Below are positions 19,458-26,749 of a stretch of 64,000 nucleotides of DNA, in pieces; position 1 is the stretch's first letter, and each line of letters opens with the position of its first letter. The stretch is from contig JBJHBP010000002.1 in the NCBI GenBank assembly GCA_050485545.1, positions 87,857 to 151,856 of the forward strand, in the 5' to 3' direction. The notes under the pieces are model-generated. The model did not search any database. It had not been told where the DNA came from and worked only from the letters and a program-made list of their open reading frames with translations. The position numbers were made by a program, and so were the translations under genes. This DNA is from Gammaproteobacteria bacterium (GTDB taxonomy: Bacteria; Pseudomonadota; Gammaproteobacteria; Steroidobacterales; Rariloculaceae).

Positions 19458-21554
19458 ATGAATTTCTGCATCAAGACCGGTCTGCGTTCTGCTGCCACGC
19501 TGCTACTTGCGTTGACCGCGCTGATGACCGGCCACGTGCTCGCCCAGAGCGATGATGCCGGCAGAATTGCGGCGCTTCAAGCGCGCACCACGGCACTCGC
19601 GGCCGAAGCGCAGCGCATTGAAGACACCATCGCCATCCACAGACTGCAGCGCGCGTACGGTTACTACATCGACAAGGGTTTCTGGGCCGAAGCGGCGGCG
19701 CTGTTTGCCGAAGACGGGACGTTCGAAGTCGGTGTCGACGGGGTCTACCGCGGCAGGGATCGCATCGCGCAGGCGATCGTGCGCTACGGCAAGGGCACCG
19801 AAGGCACCGGCCCGGGACTGCCGTTCGGTCAGCTCAATCAGCGCATGCAGCTGCAGCCGGTGGTGAGCATTGCCGATGACGGCCGCACCGCGCAGGCACG
19901 CTGGCGCGAGTTCGCGCTGCTTGGTGAATATCAGGTGTCCGCGCACTGGGGCGACGCCACGCTGGAGAATGTGTATGTGAAGCAGGATGGCGTCTGGAAG
20001 ATCCAGGCGCTGCGCATGTTCACCAACTTCGTTGCGCCGTACCGGGGCGGCTGGGCGTCTTTGCACACCGTCGATGGCGACTGGCGGACCGATGTCGCCA
20101 GAGACCTGCCACCCGATCAGCCGCCGACACAAACCTACCAGCCGTTCCCGGCGGTGTTCGTCCCGCCGTATCACTATGAGCCCGGCCCGACATCGCTCGC
20201 GCCGGTGCTCACCGCGAATGTCACGCCAGGTTCCGGCGCCATCGGTGCGGTTGAAGCAGCGGCCAATGACGTCGCGGCGCGCCTTGCCGTGCTCGCCTCC
20301 GAACGTGAGATCGAAAATCTTCAGGGTCGCTACGGCTACTACGTCGACAAGGGGCAATGGGACGCGGCCGCCGGCCTGTTCGCCGCCGACGGCACTTACG
20401 AGTTCGGACAAAGCGGCGTCTACGTCGGCCGCGACCGCGTACACGCGGCACTGTCGCTGATGGGCCCGGAAGGCCTGGAACATGGCCAGCTCAACAACTA
20501 TCCGATGCTGCAGCCCATCATCACGGTGGCGCCGGACAATCGCACGGCCACCGCGCGCTGGCGCAGCGACGTGCAGCTCGCGCGCGGCGGAGAAGGCCGC
20601 TGGGGTGCGGGTGTGTACGAGAACGAGTATGTCAATGAAGACGGCGTGTGGCGCATCGCGAAGCTGCATTACTACGTGGTGATGTGGGCGGATTACGATC
20701 AGGGCTGGGTGCAGGGACCGCTGCCGATGGATGGACCGAGCGCCGCGCTGCCGCCGGATGCACCGCCGACCATGGCGTATCAGTCACTACCCAGCGCGGT
20801 TTTCGTGCCTTATCACTTCGAGCATCCGGTGCAGCAGGGCAAGCCTGTGCCGCCCATCGATGTGCCGCAAGGGCAGGGTGGTGCGCTGGCTGCGGTAGCG
20901 GCCGATCTCGCCGACGTCTCCGCGCGCGCATTGCGTCTGGCTGATCTGTCGGCGATCGAGAAGCTGCAGCGCTCCTATGGCTATTACGTGGACCAGGCGC
21001 AATGGCACGATGTGGCCGAGCTGTTCTCCGGCAATGGCACGCTGGAAATCGGCGGGCGCGGCGTCTTTCTCGGCCGCGAGCGGGTGCGCGAGTACATGCT
21101 CACCGCGTTCGGCGAACCGGTGCGCCGCGATGGCCTGATCATCGATCACCAGCAGTTCCAGGGCATCGTCACCGTCAACCCGGACGGGCGCACGGCGTCC
21201 GGCCGCTGGACGGCCTTCGTGATGGGCGCTGGCGGCTGGGGACACTGCTACTACGAAAATGAGTATGTGAAGGTGAACGGCGTGTGGATGATCCGATCGC
21301 TGCGCGGGCCGTTCAACATGTACTCGTCGTACCGTGTCGGCTGGGTGGATGAAACCACGCCCAACACGCGCCCCGAGAGCTTCCTGCCACCACCCGACTT
21401 GCCGCCAACCGAGGTGTACCTGACGTTTCCGAACTACTACGCGCTGCCGTTTCACTATCCGAATCCGGTCACCAACCGCGTGGCGCCGCCGCCGGATCCG
21501 GCGGCCGGTGGCATGGCATTCGGACGGCCCTTGGATGGCGATGGCGGGCGATGA
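19458..21554 (+). CDS. Secreted protein with three tandem SnoaL/NTF2-like modules
   Basis: Signal peptide MNFCIKTGLRSAATLLLALTALMTGHVLAQ. Three collinear units (approx nt 19557-20177, 20238-20819, 20883-21458) each contain LQRxYGYYxDxxxW...LFxxDGTxExG..GVYxGRDR...NEYVxxxGVW and end in LPPDxPPTxxY...P(Y/F)H(Y/F). Confidence 0.75.
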   Translation: MNFCIKTGLRSAATLLLALTALMTGHVLAQSDDAGRIAALQARTTALAAEAQRIEDTIAIHRLQRAYGYYIDKGFWAEAAALFAEDGTFEVGVDGVYRGRDRIAQAIVRYGKGTEGTGPGLPFGQLNQRMQLQPVVSIADDGRTAQARWREFALLGEYQVSAHWGDATLENVYVKQDGVWKIQALRMFTNFVAPYRGGWASLHTVDGDWRTDVARDLPPDQPPTQTYQPFPAVFVPPYHYEPGPTSLAPVLTANVTPGSGAIGAVEAAANDVAARLAVLASEREIENLQGRYGYYVDKGQWDAAAGLFAADGTYEFGQSGVYVGRDRVHAALSLMGPEGLEHGQLNNYPMLQPIITVAPDNRTATARWRSDVQLARGGEGRWGAGVYENEYVNEDGVWRIAKLHYYVVMWADYDQGWVQGPLPMDGPSAALPPDAPPTMAYQSLPSAVFVPYHFEHPVQQGKPVPPIDVPQGQGGALAAVAADLADVSARALRLADLSAIEKLQRSYGYYVDQAQWHDVAELFSGNGTLEIGGRGVFLGRERVREYMLTAFGEPVRRDGLIIDHQQFQGIVTVNPDGRTASGRWTAFVMGAGGWGHCYYENEYVKVNGVWMIRSLRGPFNMYSSYRVGWVDETTPNTRPESFLPPPDLPPTEVYLTFPNYYALPFHYPNPVTNRVAPPPDPAAGGMAFGRPLDGDGGR

Positions 21555-21579
21555 CGGACGAAGACGGCAGAGGGTCCGG

Positions 21580-22149
21580 TCAGCGACGTCGCCAGATGAC
21601 GCCGACGGACCAGTAGTCGGCCCAACCGCCGCTGCTGCCGGCGCCATCGAGTGAGTTGACCAGCCGTCGCGGCAGGACGTCGAAGTCGGCGCGAACGGCC
21701 ACGTTGCCCGAACCGTACTGAATGCCCGCGCCGATGAATGGATCGGCGAAGCTGTCGCGAATCGCCGGTGCATCGACGGGCGAGACGCGGCTCTGCCAGT
21801 AGCTCACGCCGGCGCGACCGAGCACGTCGACACGCCGCAGCGGCCAGCGGTGCGAGACGGCGGTCGTCAGCGCTGACAGGCTGCCGTTGGCCGAAGCAGT
21901 CTGCACACGGGCATCGCCAAACCAGCTCGCCTCGATCGACAGCCGCTCGCGGAGCCGGTAGCCCGCAATGAGTCGGTAGCCGATGTCCGTGCCGGTGACG
22001 CTGGCACCGCCGCCGCTGAGGTCCAGCGCCGCGCGGTGCATACCGACGCCCGCGTAATAGCGGTCGGGCATTTCCGCGGCAAGCGGTGCGGCGGCCGAAA
22101 GGGCGGCCAGCAGGCCGGTGGCAGTGGCAATGCGTGTGATTCGATTCAT
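21580..22149 (-). CDS. Small outer-membrane beta-barrel (porin-family / OmpW-like) protein
   Basis: Signal peptide MNRITRIATATGLLAALSAAAPLAA, an alternating aromatic/Gly beta-strand pattern (YYAGVGMH, IGYRLIAGYRL, IEASWFG, AGIQYGS, VGVIW). Confidence 0.65.
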   Translation of the reverse strand: MNRITRIATATGLLAALSAAAPLAAEMPDRYYAGVGMHRAALDLSGGGASVTGTDIGYRLIAGYRLRERLSIEASWFGDARVQTASANGSLSALTTAVSHRWPLRRVDVLGRAGVSYWQSRVSPVDAPAIRDSFADPFIGAGIQYGSGNVAVRADFDVLPRRLVNSLDGAGSSGGWADYWSVGVIWRRR

Positions 22150-22268
22150 GGGCAGGACATTACCGCTTGCAGTGAAGCTCAACAGTGCCTGCGTCACGCT
22201 GTTGTGAATTGCCGGCCATCATCCGTCGTCCGTCGCCCATCTGATAACCTGGCGGCGGACGTCCGGAA

Positions 22269-22541
22269 GTGCGGGCGGCACATATCCGCCTGGTGGAAAA
22301 GGATGGCCCGGGCACGGTGCGCAATGGTACGGCGCTCACCGGCACTGCGCATTGGCTGTTCGATCGGGGGCTGATCAGTATCGCCGACGACTACACGATT
22401 CTGCTGTCACCGCATGGCGTGCCGGACGACCTGGACAAGCTCATTCGACCCGACCGTCGACTCATCATTCCGGACAAGGCAGCGCGGCGGCCGCATTCGA
22501 CCTACCTGAAGTGGCACGGGGAAAATCAGTTCAAGAGTTGA
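22269..22541 (+). pseudogene. 5'-truncated HNH nuclease gene fragment (HNH_2-like C-terminal third)
   Basis: ...AAHIRLVEKDGPGTVRNGTALTGTAHWLFDRGLISIADDY... carries the AAHI/NG/H..FD core of HNH nucleases. The frame is closed immediately upstream by TGA TAA (22245-22250), and only about 90 codons remain. Confidence 0.6.
22340..22541. repeat. Direct repeat, left copy (HNH 3' end)
   Basis: Aligns without gaps to 25187-25388 at a constant offset of 2847 bp. The first 120 bp are identical and the last 82 bp carry 8 mismatches. Confidence 0.9.
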
Positions 22542-22588
22542 TGCAGCGCCGGGGTCTTCGACCCTGACTGCGGTTGTTGCTGTCGGCG

Positions 22589-23956
22589 TCAAGCCCTGAC
22601 CCTTCGAATGCCGGATCGGCGAGCCGGCCTGACCGCGCACCAGTCCAGTTTCAGTACGCGCCCCCTGGCCGTGAAGCGGCAGATCCCTGCCGCCACCGCG
22701 AAGACGGCCATCATGACGATGTGTGCCGTCTGCAAAGTGGTACCGAGGGCAGCGATCAAGCCGACTGTCAGGAACCACAGAAACGGTAGCGTGAATGACA
22801 ATGTCAACACGGTCTGTCCAAGACATCGCCACCAGATGACGAACATCGCGCTGAACACCATGCCCACAGCGCAGCCGACGCTGTAGGCAACCAGCAGACC
22901 GGCGTCTGTGTTGGACACCCGCCAGGCGACCAATGCGATGCCGGTGGTAATGCACAGGACGAGCAGTGCGTCCCTATATACCTCCCGCTCCAGCGCCCGC
23001 CATAGGGTCCGCCGGTCACCCGGCGACCTCAGCCACAGTGCCCGAAGCCGCGCTGGCCATTCGGCCATCGTCAGCGCCGGAACCAGAGAGCTGAAAAACA
23101 GCCCGCTGATCAGGAACATTGGGACACTTCCGGCTTCACCGAACGGGTGTGACGATCGCGGCATGGAGGCCGTCCAGAGCGCCCACAATGACGGCAGTCC
23201 CACCACGACGAACAGCAGAGGACCCAGGCGCTGCATCCAGCTGTCACCAGCGCCCCGCAGCAGAGTGCTTTCGGGACGGGAGGGCCTGCCCGGCATCCAG
23301 GGCGCAAACAATTCCATACGCCAGGCACTGACGTTTTCCCCGGTCAGATGTTCCATCCGCTGTAGCGCGGTAGGCGGAGCCAGCGTTTGGCGATGGCGAA
23401 CCTGAAGGAAGAACCAGACCCAGCCGAGCAGAGTTGCCGCTGTCGCGGGCCAGCGAAAATCCGTCATTGGCAGCGGCGCGATATCCAGAAACAGGTAACG
23501 CCACACAACGAACAGCACCAGAAGCTGAAACACAAGCCCCATACGGAAGGTACTCAGCCACTGTATGAGCAAGAGTCCCGCACCGGTCATGACGAATATG
23601 CCAAGACCCTCCGTCATCGCGTGGTTCCAGTCCGGGGTGTCGGCAGCTACGACGAAGTACGTGAAGCGAAGTACGGCGGCGATCAGCGGGATCAGGAACA
23701 ACGCACCGACCGCGCACTGACGGAACTGCGGCACCATCGTAAAGCGCGGGTTCGCACACAGCTGGCGAACGACCGCGGCAGACCACAGCGCCGGCCATAT
23801 CAGAAGGATTCCGGCGAAAGCCCACGGAAGCGGTGCCAGACCCATCAGCGCCGGCACCACGCCGATGGCCAGTAACGAAAGTCCTGGAATGGTGAAAAGC
23901 AGAATCCCATAGTGATAGCTGAACAGGAACCAGAGTATGCGCAGCGTGCGTTTCAT
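22589..23956 (-). CDS. Polytopic membrane protein partnered with the ABC ATPase (non-canonical permease candidate)
   Basis: 455 aa from ATG 23956 (MKRTLRILWFLFSYHYGILLFTIPGLSLLAIGVV...), with many hydrophobic helices. ATGA overlap with the ATPase stop. Noticeably lower GC than its surroundings. Confidence 0.75.
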   Translation of the reverse strand: MKRTLRILWFLFSYHYGILLFTIPGLSLLAIGVVPALMGLAPLPWAFAGILLIWPALWSAAVVRQLCANPRFTMVPQFRQCAVGALFLIPLIAAVLRFTYFVVAADTPDWNHAMTEGLGIFVMTGAGLLLIQWLSTFRMGLVFQLLVLFVVWRYLFLDIAPLPMTDFRWPATAATLLGWVWFFLQVRHRQTLAPPTALQRMEHLTGENVSAWRMELFAPWMPGRPSRPESTLLRGAGDSWMQRLGPLLFVVVGLPSLWALWTASMPRSSHPFGEAGSVPMFLISGLFFSSLVPALTMAEWPARLRALWLRSPGDRRTLWRALEREVYRDALLVLCITTGIALVAWRVSNTDAGLLVAYSVGCAVGMVFSAMFVIWWRCLGQTVLTLSFTLPFLWFLTVGLIAALGTTLQTAHIVMMAVFAVAAGICRFTARGRVLKLDWCAVRPARRSGIRRVRA

Positions 23957-24723
23957 CGGTGCAGCTCCAGAAAGATGTCTTCCAGCGACATTCCGGCGGT
24001 GCCGGCAATCAAGCCCGCCGAGCCGGCAGCGGCGGCACTCGCAATCATGGCGCCGGACTCCTTGATCTCGTCCGTTGACTGATCCACGATGAGACGGCCT
24101 TCCTTGAGTATCCATGCCCGGTTCGCGATCCGTTCCAGATCGCCGACGAGGTGCGTGGAAAACAACATTGTCCGATTGCCGGTGGCGGCCATGCTCACCA
24201 GCTCCTGCAGGAATTTACGGCGCGACAACGGGTCCAGCGACGAGACGGGTTCGTCCAGCACCAGAAACTCCGGTTCATGACCGATTGCAGCGAGAATCGA
24301 CAGCTTCTGACGCTGACCAACCGACAGCGTGGACACGCGCGGCTCGAGTGGGATTGACCATTCGCGAACCAGCCGTGCGACCAGGTCATGATTCCATCGT
24401 GGGTAGAACGTGCTGATCAGATTGAGAAACGTTCGTCCGCTCATCACATCGATCAGGTCGTCCTGCTGCGGTACCAGGCCGATGCGGTGCTTGAGTTTCT
24501 CATCCTGCAATGCGCTCGCGTGCTGGCCAAGGACACGCACGCTGCCTGCGTCGGGAATCGCAAAGCCCAGCGCGGTCTCGATCAATGTGGTCTTGCCTGA
24601 GCCATTCAGACCCAGCAGGCCGACCACATCGCCTGCGCGGACTTCTGCACTGATCTCCTTCAGCACCTCCAGATGCCCGAACCGCTTCACGAGGCCACTG
24701 AGTTGCAGAATCACGTCAGCCAT
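23953..24723 (-). CDS. ABC transporter ATP-binding protein
   Basis: Walker A GLNGSGKTT, Q-loop, signature LSVGQRQKL, Walker B FLVLDEP and H-loop STH. The start overlaps the GntR stop by 8 nt. Confidence 0.92.
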   Translation of the reverse strand: MADVILQLSGLVKRFGHLEVLKEISAEVRAGDVVGLLGLNGSGKTTLIETALGFAIPDAGSVRVLGQHASALQDEKLKHRIGLVPQQDDLIDVMSGRTFLNLISTFYPRWNHDLVARLVREWSIPLEPRVSTLSVGQRQKLSILAAIGHEPEFLVLDEPVSSLDPLSRRKFLQELVSMAATGNRTMLFSTHLVGDLERIANRAWILKEGRLIVDQSTDEIKESGAMIASAAAAGSAGLIAGTAGMSLEDIFLELHR

Positions 24724-25096
24724 CTCTCTTCTCCATTGCCTTGCGAACCGCGGCAACGACATCGCTGGTGTTCAGCTGAAGTTGTTCGGCCGCCGTGACG
24801 ATCGGATCGATCAGTTTCTGAAGCCGCGCAAGGCGCGCGGCCTTGGACTCCCTACCGCCAAACGCAGGCGATACTGTCATCGGCCTGCCACGCTGGCGGA
24901 GCAGGATTCCCTCGGCCTCCAGCAGGCTGTATGCCTTGGAAATCGTCATTGCGTTGACTGCGTGCCGCACCGCGACGTCGCGCACCGACGGCAGTTCGTC
25001 GCCGGGCTTCAACTGATCGCTGGCCACCATCCAGCGCACCTGTTCGATGATCTGCCGATAGATCGGGGTGCCGGACTGGGGATTCAGACTGAACAT
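24716..25096 (-). CDS. GntR-family transcriptional regulator, short YtrA-like subtype
   Basis: 126 aa with an N-terminal wHTH (PIYRQIIEQVRWMVASDQLKPGDELPSVRDVAVRHAVNAMTISKAYSLLEAEGIL) and a short helical C-terminus. First gene of the three-gene operon. Confidence 0.88.
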   Translation of the reverse strand: MFSLNPQSGTPIYRQIIEQVRWMVASDQLKPGDELPSVRDVAVRHAVNAMTISKAYSLLEAEGILLRQRGRPMTVSPAFGGRESKAARLARLQKLIDPIVTAAEQLQLNTSDVVAAVRKAMEKRDG

Positions 25097-25117
25097 CAGC
25101 GCCTTAAGCGTATCCAA

Positions 25118-25141
25118 AGTGTATACTAACAATCATACACT
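25118..25141 (-). promoter_or_regulatory. Perfect inverted repeat AGTGTAT-N10-ATACACT; candidate YtrA-type operator / promoter region
   Basis: 7-bp arms at 25118-25124 and 25135-25141, 22 nt upstream of the GntR start. It sits in an AT-rich patch containing a TAGTAT -10-like hexamer on the minus strand. Confidence 0.4.
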
Positions 25142-25186
25142 AATGCACTTCGAAGGTTGCGGCAAGCACGGCCGTGATGGGTGATA

Positions 25187-25388
25187 CGGCACTGCGCATT
25201 GGCTGTTCGATCGGGGGCTGATCAGTATCGCCGACGACTACACGATTCTGCTGTCACCGCATGGCGTGCCGGACGACCTGGACAAGCTCATTCGACCCGA
25301 CCGTCGGCTCATCATTCCGGGCAATGCGGCGCGGCGGCCGCATTCGACCTACCTGAAGTGGCACAGGGAAAATCAGTTCAAGGCGTGA
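25187..25388. repeat. Direct repeat, right copy (HNH 3' end)
   Basis: 194/202 identity to 22340-22541. It ends at the same in-frame TGA. Confidence 0.9.
25188..25388 (+). pseudogene. 3' fragment of an HNH nuclease gene (no start, preceded by in-frame TGA)
   Basis: Encodes GTAHWLFDRGLISIADDYTILLSPHGVPDDLDKLIRPDRRLIIPGNAARRPHSTYLKWHRENQFKA*. An in-frame TGA lies at 25182-25184. Its last 11 nt overlap the vapC 3' end convergently. Confidence 0.55.
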
Positions 25389-25773
25389 CGGCAGCGGCAA
25401 GATCCGTATGAACGAAGTCATCGCCCTTGAAGAGCAGCGGTTCGTTTCTGGATCTTGCAAGCGCATACGCAAAGCAGTCGCCGTAGTTCAGTCCGGCCGG
25501 ATGACGGCCTTTTCCGTATCGACTGTACGCGCGGCGGGCGACATCGGCCTGGGCGCCATCGACGGCTACGATTTCCGCTTCGGCCTTCGCCAGAAACAGG
25601 TCGAGATCGCGCACACCATCGGGGCCATACCGGCACTTGATGACGATCGAGGCCTCGACAAGCGTGGCGGCACAGACGAGGCGCGACTCCGCGGCCTCAA
25701 TAGCTTCGATGAATCGGCGCGATTCGGGTTCGCCAGCAAGAATTGCGAGCAGAGCTGACGTATCGATCACCAT
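25378..25773 (-). CDS. vapC: PIN-domain ribonuclease toxin VapC
   Basis: MVIDTSALLAIL... (Asp4), ...LVEASIV..., ...NYGDCFAYALA.... 131 aa. ATGA overlap with vapB. Confidence 0.92.
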   Translation of the reverse strand: MVIDTSALLAILAGEPESRRFIEAIEAAESRLVCAATLVEASIVIKCRYGPDGVRDLDLFLAKAEAEIVAVDGAQADVARRAYSRYGKGRHPAGLNYGDCFAYALARSRNEPLLFKGDDFVHTDLAAAVTP

Positions 25774-26027
25774 CAGCGAGGCAGGCCGAGTTCGTCATAG
25801 CCGAGGATGTCGTTGGCGCTGCCCGGGTCCAGGACCGAGAGCGCCGCACAGTGTTGTGCGATTTCTTCCAGTTCATCAGCCAGTCGACGGCCGGCGCGCT
25901 CGCGACGAAGCCGGTCGAGACGGTCCCGGAGCGCCTTGGTGACGGCCTCCGTCTTGGTCTCGCCAGTCTCCCGGGCAAGCGCCGCGGCGAGCTTCTCGGT
26001 TTCCGGGTTGCGTATGTTGAGGGCCAT
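25773..26027 (-). CDS. vapB: VapB-family antitoxin
   Basis: MALNIRNPETEKLAAALARETGETKTEAVTKALRDRLDRL... is a typical VapB leader. 84 aa from ATG 26027. Confidence 0.85.
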   Translation of the reverse strand: MALNIRNPETEKLAAALARETGETKTEAVTKALRDRLDRLRRERAGRRLADELEEIAQHCAALSVLDPGSANDILGYDELGLPR

Positions 26028-26035
26028 TGTGTATA

Positions 26036-26057
26036 CGTGTAGCTTGGTTGCTACACG
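26036..26057 (-). promoter_or_regulatory. Perfect inverted repeat CGTGTAGC-N6-GCTACACG; candidate VapBC operator
   Basis: 8-bp arms starting 9 nt upstream of the vapB start codon. Confidence 0.4.
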
Positions 26058-26344
26058 GTAACGTCGGCGCCCGGTGCTGTCAACGACGAAGGTTCCAAGC
26101 CTCTGCCTGCAATACTCGCCTGCATCCGCTACAGCCCGCGATTGCGGTGATGACTCGATAGGGAATCGTGATGGGTCCCCCGCCTGCCGGCACACGATCG
26201 CCCGGAATCGTACTGATGCGCGGGTACGTCCCCGCGAGTTAACCGTGCACAGTGTCGAGATTCGGAGGTTCCGGTTCCATGCGGGAATCGGCTTACTTTT
26301 TTCGGCGCCTTCACTTGCTGGCGTCCGGAGTTATCATCTTGTCC

Positions 26345-26629
26345 ATGCAGGCCGAATCCCTGGAAGTCCTCGAGAAGGCCGACGTGCCCTCCGTGCAGGC
26401 ACGGGCGATTGTGCGAGCCATCGAAATCGAGATTGCGGGGTCGAAAGATACGCTTGCTACCAGGCACGATCTGCTGCAGATGCGGCAGGATTTGCATCAG
26501 GAACTCGGAGAACTGCGCCATGAGCTGCACAAGGAGCTTGGTACGGTACACCAGGCGATGGCGGAGCTGCGCGGCGAGTTTCGCTCCGAGCTTCACGGCA
26601 TGGCGAGCAGCATCACGAGGCAGATGTAA
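26345..26629 (+). CDS. DUF1640-like coiled-coil protein, terminated by an in-frame TAA before its expected membrane anchor
   Basis: MQAESLEVLEKADVPSVQARAIVRAIEIEIAGSKDTLATRHDLLQMRQDL... heptad-rich. The start is taken at the internal ATG 26345. See 26630-26749. Confidence 0.55.
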   Translation: MQAESLEVLEKADVPSVQARAIVRAIEIEIAGSKDTLATRHDLLQMRQDLHQELGELRHELHKELGTVHQAMAELRGEFRSELHGMASSITRQM

Positions 26630-26749
26630 ATGGCCATGCTCGGCCAGATGGCAGTGCTGCTTGGCATCGCGTACTTTTTTGTGACGCAGGTTATCGGCTG
26701 GGTATCCTGCAGCTCTTCATACTCAAAGTACCGGTTTTCGCAATCATGA
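26630..26749 (+). CDS. 39-codon ORF encoding the missing hydrophobic tail of the DUF1640-like protein (same frame, directly after TAA)
   Basis: MAMLGQMAVLLGIAYFFVTQVIGWV... starts at the codon immediately following the TAA at 26627-26629. Confidence 0.35.
   Translation: MAMLGQMAVLLGIAYFFVTQVIGWVSCSSSYSKYRFSQS

Noticed and set aside
25119-26036. The octamer GTGTATAC occurs upstream of both the GntR operon (25119-25126) and vapB (26029-26036)
   Set aside because: A rough composition-based estimate gives an expectation of the order of one chance occurrence per window. The two sites sit in different palindromes, so shared regulation is not supportable.
26161-26290. Three copies of GGAATCG and an imperfect inverted repeat in the vapB/DUF1640 spacer
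   Set aside because: The repeats are short and irregularly spaced (about 40 and 80 bp), the stems are imperfect, and there is no associated ORF or known motif. This is indistinguishable from chance.
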